A stretch of DNA of 64,000 nt from Amoebidium appalachense. Its lineage: Eukaryota; Protista; Ichthyosporea. This document shows, in pieces, positions 14,151-27,175 of the stretch (its first letter is position 1; every line of letters starts with the position of its first letter). The stretch is taken from positions 3,749,572 to 3,813,571 of the forward strand of contig CAVNZM010000008.1 of NCBI GenBank assembly GCA_963693365.1, in the 5' to 3' direction. The position numbers were made by a program, and so were the translations under genes. Under the pieces are notes generated by a model. That model searched no databases. It had not been told where the DNA came from and saw nothing but the letters and a program-made list of their open reading frames with translations.

Positions 14151-15493
14151 AAAAAAAATAAAAAATAAAAAAAAAAACAAAAAAGCCAAAAAAAAAAAAA
14201 AACAAAAAAAAAACAACCTTATTTTAATTTTATTTTTTATTTTTGGGTGGCGGGGGGAGGGATTGGGGGGAGGGGGGGGGGGGGGGGGGGGTTTGAATGC
14301 GGAACACAGTACGAAGTACGCATAGACGATGAGAAGCATGATGCAGGACACATGCAAAGGCAAACATTCAAGTATGCAGCATCAGCCATGCGCACAGTAT
14401 GCGTCATAAGCAGAGCCCATCCTCAGGGAGGGCCCAAGTCATCAATTGCGTCTGAGTTTCGACCCCTTAGCCCGCGTATATACGACGCTCCAACTCAGAC
14501 AGCAGCATCAACTGAACTTGGGTGGGTCAACCCGTCTTGATCAAAGACGAGCAGGGTTGCTTATGCAAGCAAGGTGAGCAAAACGGTGAAGATGTGTGTG
14601 CAAACTAATGCAGTGCAGCGACAAACGCGTATGTGCTTACAGATGCACGACACAGAGCAACCATGCCCGGTTGCATGGAAGTAAAGATGTCTCCACACAG
14701 TGGTCTGTCCTGAAAGGACACCTCTGAAAGAAGACAGGGGGGTTTGAATGCGGAACACAGTACGAAGTACGCATAGACGATGAGAAGCATGATGCAGGAC
14801 ACATGCAAAGGCAAACATTCAAGTATGCAGCATCAGCCATGCGCACAGTATGCGTCATAAGCAGAGCCCATCCTCAGGGAGGGCCCAAGTCATCAATTGC
14901 GTCTGGGGGGGGGGATACCGCAGATGTAGAACTTGCGGTCGAGATCTTTGTCCTTGAACACATAGTCCGTACCGGCCTGGAATTTTGGGCAGCAAGATGA
15001 TCAGTTAATATATATCAAACTAAGCTCAGTTTAATTAAAAAACACACCCTCGATCCAGGTTTGTGGGAGAGCTCGATAATATGTTATGCAAAATCACGGT
15101 ATATCCATACAAATAAAAAGTATATCCATGTAATACAAAGGTGAGTCCAGGCAAATCAGCGGTGTATCTGTGCAATATAGAAATGTCCATGAAATATAAC
15201 GGTATAAATATGCACATGACGATATACCCATGCAAGATAGCGGTAAAAACATGCAAGACATCTATATATATTAATGCCAAAAAAAAAAAAAAAAAAAAAA
15301 AACCCCAACCAACCAAAAAACCCGCCATACATTCTTGTAAAGTTACAATATGAATAAATGAAAAACGCACACAGGCCCACACATGCACACGCGTATACAC
15401 ACAACCACAGCTGTCTGTGGACTATACATGCATCTGTGTTTGTATTTATGTAGGGGATGGGTGGGTGAGGGGCACCGGAGAAGGGGGGGGGGG

Positions 15494-15524
<31 letters not shown>

Positions 15525-16442
15525 TAACACTTATTCTATTCATTTACATTAACGCGCACCACTCACCTCCCAACCACCCCCCTCTCCCCCTCCCTCCCCC
15601 TCCCCCTCCCCCCTCCCCCTCCCCCTCCCCTTCCCCCCGCCAATCTTCATGTTCTTGAAACCAACACCCTTATATCACACACACACAGACACACACCCCC
15701 AGTCATCTCGCCGAAAACAGCACCACTCACCTTCTCGGTGTTTTGGAGGGCTTTTCCAGGCTTTGGCACGCGCCCTGTGCAAGTGTATGTCAGCGACTTC
15801 ACGTGTTTGTTTGTGTGTGTCCGTGCACGCCTGAAATTATGCCCAAGTGTGTATGCTTAAGGTCGGCAGACCATGTGGAGATGTATGACTAGTAGTAGCG
15901 ACAGGAGGGACACACCCTTCGGGGGGGGGGGGGGGGGGGGGGTGTACAATAAAGGGTCGCAACCATGAAAGAACACATTGCAAAAACAAAAAAACAAAAC
16001 AAAAAAAACAGAAAGCACGAAGCCAAAACGCGCAGGCAGGAGATACTTGATCAAAGCCGATCATTAAGGGAAAGGGAAGTCGAACTATTTACATCATGCC
16101 CCGAGGGGGTGGAGCGGGGGGGGGGGGGGGGGAGGGGAGGGGGGGAGGGGGGAGGGGGGGGGGGAGGGGGGATTCTCCTCACCTTTCAAGTCATATTTTG
16201 CCGCGATTCCACTTATCGGGTTATAGAGGACGTTGTTAAAGATGATGGCATAGAGCGTCATGCCGTTAAACTTAAAGCGCATCAGACCAAACACCTTCAT
16301 GATTAAAGTGTCCCGCTGCTCCACAACGTGAGAGTAGTAGGCCGGCAGAACCGTGGCAAATGTGCGCACCTGACCATATATGGTTAGCGGGTTGCCTTTT
16401 ATGGATGGATGGGACATAATGTATCTTTAGGCACACTCGTGG

Positions 16443-16533
<91 letters not shown>

Positions 16534-16683
16534 GGCGCGCGCGCGAGCATGTGTGTGTGTTTGGGTGGTGTAGGCCGGGGGAGGAGGGGATGAAGGGTTT
16601 AGACGTGTTTAGGCAGTGCGATGTACACATTCGTGACGGACAACACAATCTAGATTGCAGAGCACACACAAAGAAGGGGGAGA

Positions 16684-16719
<36 letters not shown>

Positions 16720-17017
16720 CTGGAGTGAAGCAGAGCAAGACGTGGGAGGGCAGGAAACACGACGTTACGCCAGTGTTTCCCATCTTTCTCTCAGTGTCCA
16801 AGTGGTTGGTGTGTGTACGCAGTGATTATTGGTAAAAGGAGCTGAAGAAGTGGGCGGATGACTAGTGAGGAGTGTGAAACGGAGCACAAACAGAAACGAT
16901 TGCACGCAACACTGCACCACGTTGTGTGTGTGTGTGCCGTGTGCCTGCATGAGTGTATGTGTGCATGTGTTTATGTATGTGCGTGTGTGTGCACGCGCAG
17001 GCGCGCCCGCGGCGCGC

Positions 17018-17073
<56 letters not shown>

Positions 17074-17801
17074 CTATGTAAATGTGTGAGTGTGCGCGCA
17101 CATGCATTTGAATGTGTGTGTGTGTGCTGTGGTGGTGGTGGGGTGGGGAGTGGGGGAAGGCTGGGGTGTGTTGTGTGTATCTGTGTGTGTGTGTATGCGT
17201 GTGAGTGTGAGTGTGTGTGGGGGGGGGGGGTGGGGGTGGGGGGGTGGGGGGGAGGTTATGCCATACCTCTGTCTGAGGGATAGTCTTGAGCATGTACTTC
17301 TTATCGTCACTCATCAAAAAGAGAGACCCACTGCGCCCTGCTCCCTCCTGCACGTGTGTGTGTGGTTGTGTGTGTGCATGTGCGCGCGTCAGACCACGTG
17401 TGCATGTGTGTGTCGGTCTGCAAGTGAAAAAGGTGTGTATATGTATGTGTGTGCGGTTCATTAAAATGTCGGGGTGTGTGTGTGTGTATGTCTATGTGTG
17501 TACAGCACCGGATATAAACTTAACATGAGCAAGGGTGAAACTGTATTTGTTCGTTGCCTGAGTTAGGGCATGCAAGAGTGCTAACTCTCCCCCTCACTTC
17601 TATCTCCCTCCGCCCTTATCCTTCTCCCGTTTCCTCTTCTCCCACAAAACTCTAATCAATCCACACATCCAGGCACACTTCCCCCACACGCACACCTTTG
17701 CAACCAGCTTTTCGTCGGGGAGGGTCCATGATTTGCAGTAGTCAGCCGTGTGGATGCCATAGAGCTCACGCATGTTGAGGAACACCTTGGGACTGTATTC
17801 C

Positions 17802-17895
<94 letters not shown>

Positions 17896-18947
17896 TGTGC
17901 GTGCTTGTGCGTGTGTGTGCACGCACACGGTTGCGCGCATGCCCGTTTGCGCACATGTGTGTGCACATGCATGCGTGTGCCAGTGTGTGTGTGTGTGTGT
18001 GTGGTGGTGGTAATGGTGGTGGTGGAGAGGGGGGGGGGGGGGGGGGGGGAGGGGGGGAGAGGGGGAGGGGGGAGGAGGGGCAGGGACTGGTGTGAGCGTG
18101 TGTGTGTGCAGCCGGGTGCACGTCTGTACTTGGGCGATTGTTGGTGTGTTATGTGTATGTGTGTGTTTTGGGTCGTAACAATGTGGAACACCGTCTCAAA
18201 CACGGAGGTGCAAGATGGCAACAATGTGAAATTTTTGCCGGGCATTGCTTGGCATGCAAAAGCAAAGACCTCGGGGGGAGGGGGTTGGGGGGGGAGAGGA
18301 GGAAAGGGAGGAGGCAGGGAGGGACGGAGGGAGAGAGGGAGGGAGGGGAAAGCTGGGAGAGAAAGAAGAGAGAGTGAGAGTGAGAGAGAGAGCTTGTGTG
18401 GCTTTTCCAAAAAGATTTTCACACTACGAGAAAAGCCGGATTCTAAATATAGACAAGCACCTTAACCATGCACCCCGATGGGAGGGTAAACTCCACTGCA
18501 GCACTGTCTGTGAAGTCCTGAGGGCACAACTGGAACTGGTGTTCCACAGGCAGATCACGGATTATCTATATATGGAAGGTGGTTAGCAACCATGGCCAAA
18601 TATGGAAGGTGGGCAGCAACCGTGGTTCCACAAACGAAAGATGATGAGTGTAATCTAGGTGTGCAAAAAGCACAAAAAATTATAAAAATCAATGATTATA
18701 CATTAATGATTATAAAATGATGATAACAAGATATTAATAGAAACCAAAGCCAAACCTCTATGACCGGCAAAAGAGAAAGAGGGAGGACAAACAGACAACG
18801 TCAACTAATCAAAATAAACATGTGGATCTATGCAGGGATTGTTGATTCTTATTCTCCCCTCCCCCCCCTCCCCCCGCGAACTCTCGTTTCTTATTCCCCC
18901 TACCCCCCCCCCCCCCCGGCCCCCCCCCTTCCCCCTCCCCTCACCCC

Positions 18948-18996
<49 letters not shown>

Positions 18997-19441
18997 CTGT
19001 CCATCGTCCTGTGTTGTAGCCAGCCACCGACCGCACAGAAAGCCAAAGCTCTGCCCCCCCATCGTCTCTGTTACCTCCACACGACTGAGGAACCAACTGG
19101 GAAAGGACCCTGTGTTGTCGTGACCAATCCTGCAAAGAAAAAACAAAACGGAGGGAAGGAGGGAAACGGAGGGGAGAAAAGGGAGGTTGAGAAGGTGAGT
19201 AAGGGGACTGTAAAGTACAGTACCGGATAGCTTCAAGGTGGTGGTGGGGGGGGGGGGGGTCCTCCCTCTTGCCCTGCAGGAATAAAAAAAGAGGGCAGGA
19301 GGAAAACAGAGATAAAGCGGAGAAGATGGAGAAGGAGAGGAAAGGGAAAGGGGATAAATCGAATGCTGCAAGTTTGGGGCATTTCTTGCTCTCTCTCTCT
19401 GCCCTTCCCCTCCTACACACACACACCTTCCCCAGTCCCAG

Positions 19442-19474
<33 letters not shown>

Positions 19475-19485
19475 TGCACGTTCCC

Positions 19486-19570
<85 letters not shown>

Positions 19571-20250
19571 ACACCCACACCCACACACATCACCGTTTCA
19601 CACCACCCACATCACCCCATTGTTCTCTGGAACCCGCTGACAGCTCCCCCCCCCCTCACCCCCCCCCCCCCTCTTCCACTCCCCTATCTCCCCTTTACCC
19701 CCCCCCCCCCCCCCTCCCCGCCGCCGCCGCCCCCTCCCCCGGGGAAAACCACCCAGACGCAGCCCCCATGCACCCCAAGCCCCACTGCTACACCACGCCA
19801 ATACACCCAGCCCTCAAATTACGGCAAGCACATGCATACATCAACCCCCTCCCTCCCCTCCCATCCTCTTCCCTTTCCCGTTTGCAGCCCTCCCCCCCCC
19901 CCCCCCCCCCCCTCCCCCCCCACCCACCCACCCCCTCCTTCCCCCCACCTCCCTGGAGAGTGACGACTGGTCACCAGACGCATGATGCACTGATTCTTTC
20001 GTACCAACATATCACACACATGTGCACAACATGCGCTCACCCAGCCACACACACACACACGCACCTACACACCCACCCACCCACTCACACACACACACAC
20101 AGGTGCACATACCGAATCTTTTCCAGGGGCCCAAGATTTTGGCACTCGAACACAAACGTATCTACCTCCGCCCTTTGAAAATATGCCCCAGCCTCCTTCT
20201 TCTTGGCTGCTGTTTCGTCGCACAGCTTGATCATTCCAGAATTCTTGTCG

Positions 20251-20311
<61 letters not shown>

Positions 20312-20685
20312 CGTATGTGTTTGTGCGCGTGTGTGCGCGTGCATGCACGAGCATGCCCTTGGTATTTGTACGTGTGCCCTGGTGCGTAAGTGACCGAATG
20401 TGCATCTGTTCGGTCTTCGTGTGGGGGGGATGGGGGGGTCGGGGAGGAAGGGGGGGCGGGGGGAGAGGGGGTGGGTGGGTGGGTGGTTGAGGGGGGAGGA
20501 AAGAGGGGATGGATCAGTGTTTGGTTGATTAAACGAAAGCAGAGTGAGATTGAATTCACGAATGGCCGAGAGGAAAATGGAGGGAATAAGTAGGTGTGGG
20601 GGGGAGGGCGCAGGGGAGGGGAGGGGGGTATGCGCATGTGTATAACTAGAGGGGGTGGAGAGCATTGAGGGGAAAACAGGGAGCG

Positions 20686-20716
<31 letters not shown>

Positions 20717-21922
20717 CGTTATTCCGCCCTTTGTTGTTGCCAGTGTAAGGTGATATGTGCCATTTACTCGTCCGCGCAGGTGTGTGCGTGCTTTTTAGTA
20801 CTTCTCATCTGCTTGTTAAAGGAGTGTATCTTTATGGATGTATTTTCTCGTATGTGCATGTGTTGCGTGTGCGTGTTTTGGTGGCGGCGGCGGTGGTGGT
20901 GGTGGCGGTGGCGGTGGTGGATTGGGGGGGGGGGGGGGGGGGGGGGGGGAGGGAGGGAGGGTATGCATGGTAGGGTGGCAACCATGTGCGCAAAGATCTA
21001 AAATAAACAAGTCCAAAAAACCATGTAAAAAACACAGAACAGAGACTAAGAAAACGGTGTAGGCAGAGGACGTTGAACAGAGCCCACCATCAGGGGGTGC
21101 CTCAGGCGGGAAGGGGGGGGGGGAGGGGGGAGGTGAGGAAAAAGGAACCATATTTGGCTATGGCGACAGGCAGAGGAGGAAGAGCGGGCGGAAAGCCGGG
21201 GGGGGGGGGGGGGGGTGGAGGGGGAGGGGAAAGGGGAAGGGGGGAGGGGGGGGGGGGGGGAGGGACAGGTGGGAGGGAGGGTAGGTATACTAACCCTGAC
21301 CATATAGGACACAAAACACGTTTGCACGGGTGCTTGCCCCAAACAGATCCCCCGTGTACACTTTGATCTCATATCGCGCTTTTTCCTCACTGGCCGCAGC
21401 ATTTTTCTGCTCTTTCACATCGGACTGAGTCTGCTTGGAATATCTGCAACCCAGACACGTGATTAGAAGATATGGGTGGAGTGAGCATGCTGCTGTGTGT
21501 GCTTTCGAAATGCTTATGGGGCGAGTCTTCGAGGGATTGAGAGGGACGGATGGCCGGGCGTGGACGCGGGCGGGGTGGGGGTGGGGGGAGGGGGGTGTGC
21601 GGAGGTGGGGGGGGGAGGGGAAGGGGGGGGGGGGGGGGACGGGGCGATGCCATGATGACAACGGGCGGGATGGAGAAATCGTTGGCCCTGGAAGAAGGGC
21701 AGGGCGGGGTGGAGGAGGGGGCAGGTTGAGTGGGAACGTGTATATACATGTCCGTGCAGTTGCTTGTTTGTAACGGTTTGCTATGTGTTCATGTCCCACA
21801 CGGTGTGCTGCGTTGTGTGTGTGATTGGTGGGTTGCAAGGACGGGGCAGGGGGGGGGAAGGGGGGGGGGGGGAGGGAGATAATACACCTAAATCTAAACC
21901 GGTCTAGGCGTGCCGAATACAT
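8883..21922 (-). CDS. Phosphatidylinositol-phosphate kinase (PIP5K/PIP4K family) with N-terminal PLAT/LH2 domain and C-terminal short coiled coil; ~630 aa, 17 exons
   Basis: Minus-strand exons 21922-21888, 21443-21295, 20251-20113, 19129-18997, 18565-18461, 17800-17696, 17347-17267, 16369-16183, 15774-15731, 14976-14919, 13831-13753, 13051-12952, 12096-12001, 11338-11242, 10804-10737, 10277-10182, 9203-8883 sum to 1893 nt, in phase. PLAT motifs [61 protein letters not shown]; kinase motifs [58 protein letters not shown]. First and last exons are less certain. Confidence 0.9.
14291..14905. repeat. Interspersed repeat in X-Y-X partial tandem (451 bp period) inside a kinase intron; related to 52935-53190 and 54135-54410
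   Basis: 14291-14454 is repeated essentially identically at 14742-14905; motifs GTTGAATGCG..AGTACGAAGTAC, ATAAGCAGAGCCCATCCTCAGGG, GGGTGGGTCA..CCCGTCTTGATCA.AGACGAGCAGGGTT recur in the 52-54 kb repeat. Confidence 0.85.
15085..15262. repeat. Degenerate ~21-bp-period minisatellite (GGTATATCCATGCAA-like)
   Basis: Recurrent GGTATATCCAT/GTATATCCATG/GATATACCCATG words at ~21 nt spacing. Confidence 0.55.
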
Positions 21923-23149
21923 GATAAGAAACAGCAGGCAACGAGAATCTGAAGGCCTGAAAATCAACCATCTACAAAATGGTCATTATCGTTTCATGTT
22001 GACTCAATGCTCATGTTCAACCACTTCCCCTATTTTCCACTCCTCCATTATCGAATATTCCTTGCATCTTAGCACTCAAATTTACCGTGCATGTTTGCAG
22101 GCACACCCACTGGGCCGACTTACTTTTCCTGGCAGGCAGCTACGGCCTGCCTGAGACCCTCCGTTACCTGCACATGGAAAAAGCATTCAAAACCCATTCA
22201 ACACAGATGAACGACAGGAAGTTTGAACTGTGACGGTGTTTGCTTCCCAGGCACTTTACAAGACTTTCCTTCTTTCACGTGCTGTGGCAGGCACAGAATG
22301 GGGTGCTGCAAGACAAGAAGAGTCCCCTCCCTCCCCTCAACCAACCAACCCACCCACCCACCCACTCACCCACCACCCACCCACCCACCCACCCACCCAC
22401 CCCACCTCAGGCACGTGACATCAAGGTGAAAATAGGTTAACGATGCTTGACAAGGAGAAGCCTCTAAGGTTACCAGAACGCTTTAAAGATATAAGGCTAA
22501 AGCGCATTGGTTGGGGATTTTCAAATTATCTGGCACAGTGCCTGACTGACACTCAATGATGGATGGCATTGCGGAAAAGATCATGGAGAAATCGAAGATG
22601 TTTATTCTCATGTTCCAATGAAATGTTATCAATCTGTTTGACTTTTGGAAGTCTACCCATCATATGTATTGGTTGCATGGGCGTGTGTGAGTGAGAAAGT
22701 GTGCGCTTGCGCGTGTGTGTGGGATCTTGGATCAGCACGGGGTAGGCAGCTCAACCGAAAGAGTGAAGGAGGTGGGCGAAGGAGGAGGAGGAGGGGGTGG
22801 GGGGACGTGGGGAGGGGGGAAAGAAGGGAAGCTGATGTTATAGAATAGTCAAAGACGCGGAGAAAGGGGCATGGAGGGGCGGGACTGGACGTTTCCGTCG
22901 TTAACGTACGTTTGAAAGCAATGTTATGTCGGGCATTGTGGGGCTTGTCACGGTTGAAGCCTCTCGAGCAGTGTATGTACTGATCAAGATTGAAGCACAA
23001 GAAAAACGAAGTATTGCTCTATCCGTCGCAGTTGTCTGGGTGCGCTCACGAAAAACGACTGATGAAACAGCCTCTCTATGGTCAGTTACGTATACAGACT
23101 TTGTTATTCCCTAGGTTTTCAGCACACGTGACTCACTAGCCTACTGCTG

Positions 23150-23375
23150 AAGTGACAGCTCTGGGAGATTAGTTGAACCACGGCCCTCTGAGGGCCCGTG
23201 GTTGAACTGGAAGGGCGCCGCGCATTCCTAAAACATTCCTTATCTTTGAACGGGCGAATCAAATGTTGCTTTGTTTATGGCAGGAATGCATGCGTGAGGC
23301 CCTGGCCCCTCGGCGCCGAGGCGCCGCTCAGGCGCGGCGGACAGTCGGTTCACTGTGATGGAGTCAGAGCTCTAC
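23150..23375 (+). ncRNA. Candidate structured RNA or fold-back element (multibranch, ~220 nt), family unassigned
   Basis: Terminal stem AGCTCTG/CAGAGCT enclosing hairpins AACCACGG-CCCTCTGAGGG-CCGTGGTT, AGGGC..CGC.GCATTCCT/AGGAATGC..GCG..GCCCT, CCTCGG/CCGAGG, CCGC/GCGG, ACAGT/ACTGT. No snRNA, SRP, RNase P/MRP or tRNA signature recognised. Confidence 0.35.
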
Positions 23376-23705
23376 TTTGAAAAAGTGAAAACAGTTGTGC
23401 TACATACAGCTAAGTGAACAGTTGCAGCACGTGTAGAGCTCACACGGCGCACCTGCTGCAGCTGTTCTTGGCGCATTATCATTAGGCTTGTGAGGAGTCG
23501 TAACTACTAACTAGGTCAGCGCCGTTCATTTCTTCTTGAGCATACAGTGTGCTGTAGCGAGCTGCTTACGGGTGCTATATAAATCATCTATAGCCCAGTA
23601 TACTTGGGAGCAAATTAGTTCACAAAAATTGCCAAAAATATCTCATTTTGAATAACTAGCGACCTGAGCAGAGGAACTGCGGTGATGTGAAACCGGAGGG
23701 GGGAA

Positions 23706-23740
<35 letters not shown>

Positions 23741-25000
23741 CGCCTTGCATGTTCGTGCATATGCACGTGTGTATGTGTGCGCATATCAGGATGTGTGTGC
23801 TGGCGTGTGTGTGTGGTGCGTGCAACTTGAAGTGTCTACGGGTGTGTTGTACGCGTGCGTGAGTGTGTGTGTAAGTGTGCCTTCGCGTGTATGTGTGTGT
23901 ATACTGAGTTTGTGTCGACAAATAGAGATCAACCTAAGTTACCCAAGTTACACGTGTGTCTCTGTGCGTATGGTGTAGCATATATATGTGTGTGCGCTAG
24001 TGCCGTACACGTGTGTGCGCGTGTGTGCGCTGCATGGTGTGTTTACAGATGTTTCTTTTATTTTTTTGCTCGCTGAGCAGGGAAAGGCTCACTCTAGGTA
24101 CGCTTGGTCGCTTTCGGGAGGATGGATGGCCGGCAAATAGAACATGTGGTAAAAGAAGAGATGAGTAAGACAAGAATCATTCTCTGTTAGGTATGGTGGC
24201 ATAGCGGAATCCCAACACCCTACCAAACATGGAGAAATCTTAGGATTCAATGCTCGTGCCGTAAGGGCCGGGATTAGGAAGTTGTACATGTGGGCCTCAC
24301 TGCCTTACGAGCCTATTAAACATTGTCAAAGGACCTGCACGGCACAACAGAGCCTTGGTTTGATCAGCCGCCTACCATAGTAGTTCGTCGTATATGCCCT
24401 GTAATGGGGAGACTAAGAAGAGGTTGGGACTTGGGCTTGTCACACACAAAACCCAGTTCTGTCGGTGAAGTCCTTGCAGCAGTGTCTTGCACGCGGTCGC
24501 AGTTTTTTCCGCAGGCTTTTTTCACGTTACTGTCGAGGTTCATCTACATAGTAGCCCTTACTCAGATGATTAACGCCGACATTTCTAATAAAAATAATAT
24601 TAACAAATCATTTGGAACATTGTGCTTTTATAGACTACCCTAGCCGACAGAAATTATTCACATTCAGTTGTGGAACCTGAAGCGGGTGAGTGTGAGTGTG
24701 GAATCAGTAAGCATAACCCTGGATAGGGGGGAATCCCTGTAAGCTCGGTTTTCCATGCCACGAGTACCTTGGTAGAATACTTAGTCGCATGAAACTGGGA
24801 CAAATGTAATAGCTCATTTGGCACCTTCATCTACAGCCATGTAAATGTGGTGCATCGAAGTGAACTTTGGAGCTGTCGCCTACTTCCCCCCTCTTCGCCC
24901 CCTCTAGCCCTCCATCCATTCACCTCCTGCCCCTCTTTAACACCCCCTCCCCCCCCCCCCCCCCCCTTCCCCCCCCTCTCTCATCTCTCAAAGAGTATTT

Positions 25001-25345
<345 letters not shown>

Positions 25346-25457
25346 CTCTTTTTCTCTCTTTTAGACACACACGCACGCACGCACACGCACACGCACGCAC
25401 GCGCACAAGCACACACACAAACACCCCACACACACACATACACGCACGCACGCACGC

Positions 25458-25534
<77 letters not shown>

Positions 25535-25591
25535 CGTGCACGCCCTACATGCAAACACAGCCTACACTGCAGCCCCCTCTCCCCTCCCCCC

Positions 25592-25625
<34 letters not shown>

Positions 25626-25982
25626 AGCGCCCCTATCCCCCCAAAATACCCACGTATTCACACCCTTTTAACAATTCTGCAACCACGACATCACCGCCTC
25701 ACCATGCCACGTGAAGAACATACGGCGCTCCTCACCAACATCATCAACACCACCTTGGAGACTATGACCCCAGCCGTGCACTGCTTGAGCCTTTGGCAAA
25801 GGCAGACGATGCACAGGCGACAGAGGTTACTATTGTTGTCACGCACAAGCATCTGTTCATTCACAACGATGCGGATATGAGCGACAATGACTGGCTGTCA
25901 CTAACGGTAATACATTATTTCTTATCATGACCCCTTAATCCTCCTCCTTCTCTTACCCGGTCCCCCTCCAATACACACACAC

Positions 25983-26018
<36 letters not shown>

Positions 26019-26029
26019 ACACACACACA

Positions 26030-26077
<48 letters not shown>

Positions 26078-26105
26078 CACACGCACGCACACACACACGC
26101 ACGCA

Positions 26106-26152
<47 letters not shown>

Positions 26153-26204
26153 CACCACCACCACCACCATCACCAAGCCTTCGTATATGCATCATGGTAT
26201 ATAA

Positions 26205-26236
<32 letters not shown>

Positions 26237-26427
26237 TGTGTGTGTATATTTTATATACATGTGCATATGTTTATATTGATAAAGGATCCAGAATTTAGAT
26301 ATGAAAGCAAAGATATTCGATAGGTAATGTTATTGATGTTGATGCTGCTGCAAAACAATATTAACGCTCAAGTGAACAAGAGCCCCCCCGTCCCTCCCCG
26401 CCTGCTTTGAAATACATCCTCCCCCCC

Positions 26428-26459
<32 letters not shown>

Positions 26460-26565
26460 AACAAAAAAAAACGGAAACAGAAACTCTCCTAGGTGCCTCT
26501 CCTCCTTATCACTCAGCAATATGTATGTAAATCATGTCCCCATATGCACCAAGAGACCTATTTTT

Positions 26566-26596
<31 letters not shown>

Positions 26597-27055
26597 GGGG
26601 GGGAAGGAGAAGGTGGGGAGGGGGGGGGGGGGAGGGGGGGCGGAAACCTACACTTTCTTTATCGGGAGAGGGGGGGGGGGGGGGGAGGGATTAGAACCAA
26701 ACACACCCCTCATCGAACATTAAACCTAAGCATTGAGGGGAAACTCCTATTCCACCAGGTGCACACTCTCTAACTGCATTATGCCATCTTTTACACAGAC
26801 CAAAGTCTACAGCTCCGCCAAAAAGGGATCGGAACGCTAGAAAATCGGTCAATTTGGACGGGGTTTTCTGGTTTTCTACGGTTTCGGAGACCAAATCGTG
26901 GCCCATAGCAAGGAGCAAACGAAAACTTTTGACCCGTGGGACCTTTTGAGGGAAAATCAGGTGGAGAACTTTGAGAATGCGACCCTGGCTGAGTGGAGCA
27001 AACATGCCGAGGTAGGGTAAGCTTATGGGGACGTGAACTTGTGTTTGTGTGTGTG

Positions 27056-27114
<59 letters not shown>

Positions 27115-27127
27115 GGGGAGGGGGGGG

Positions 27128-27175
<48 letters not shown>

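Noticed and set aside
23150-23375. Assignment as RNase P/MRP, SRP, U3 or spliceosomal snRNA
   Set aside because: Diagnostic conserved boxes and the P4 pseudoknot could not be found on either strand.
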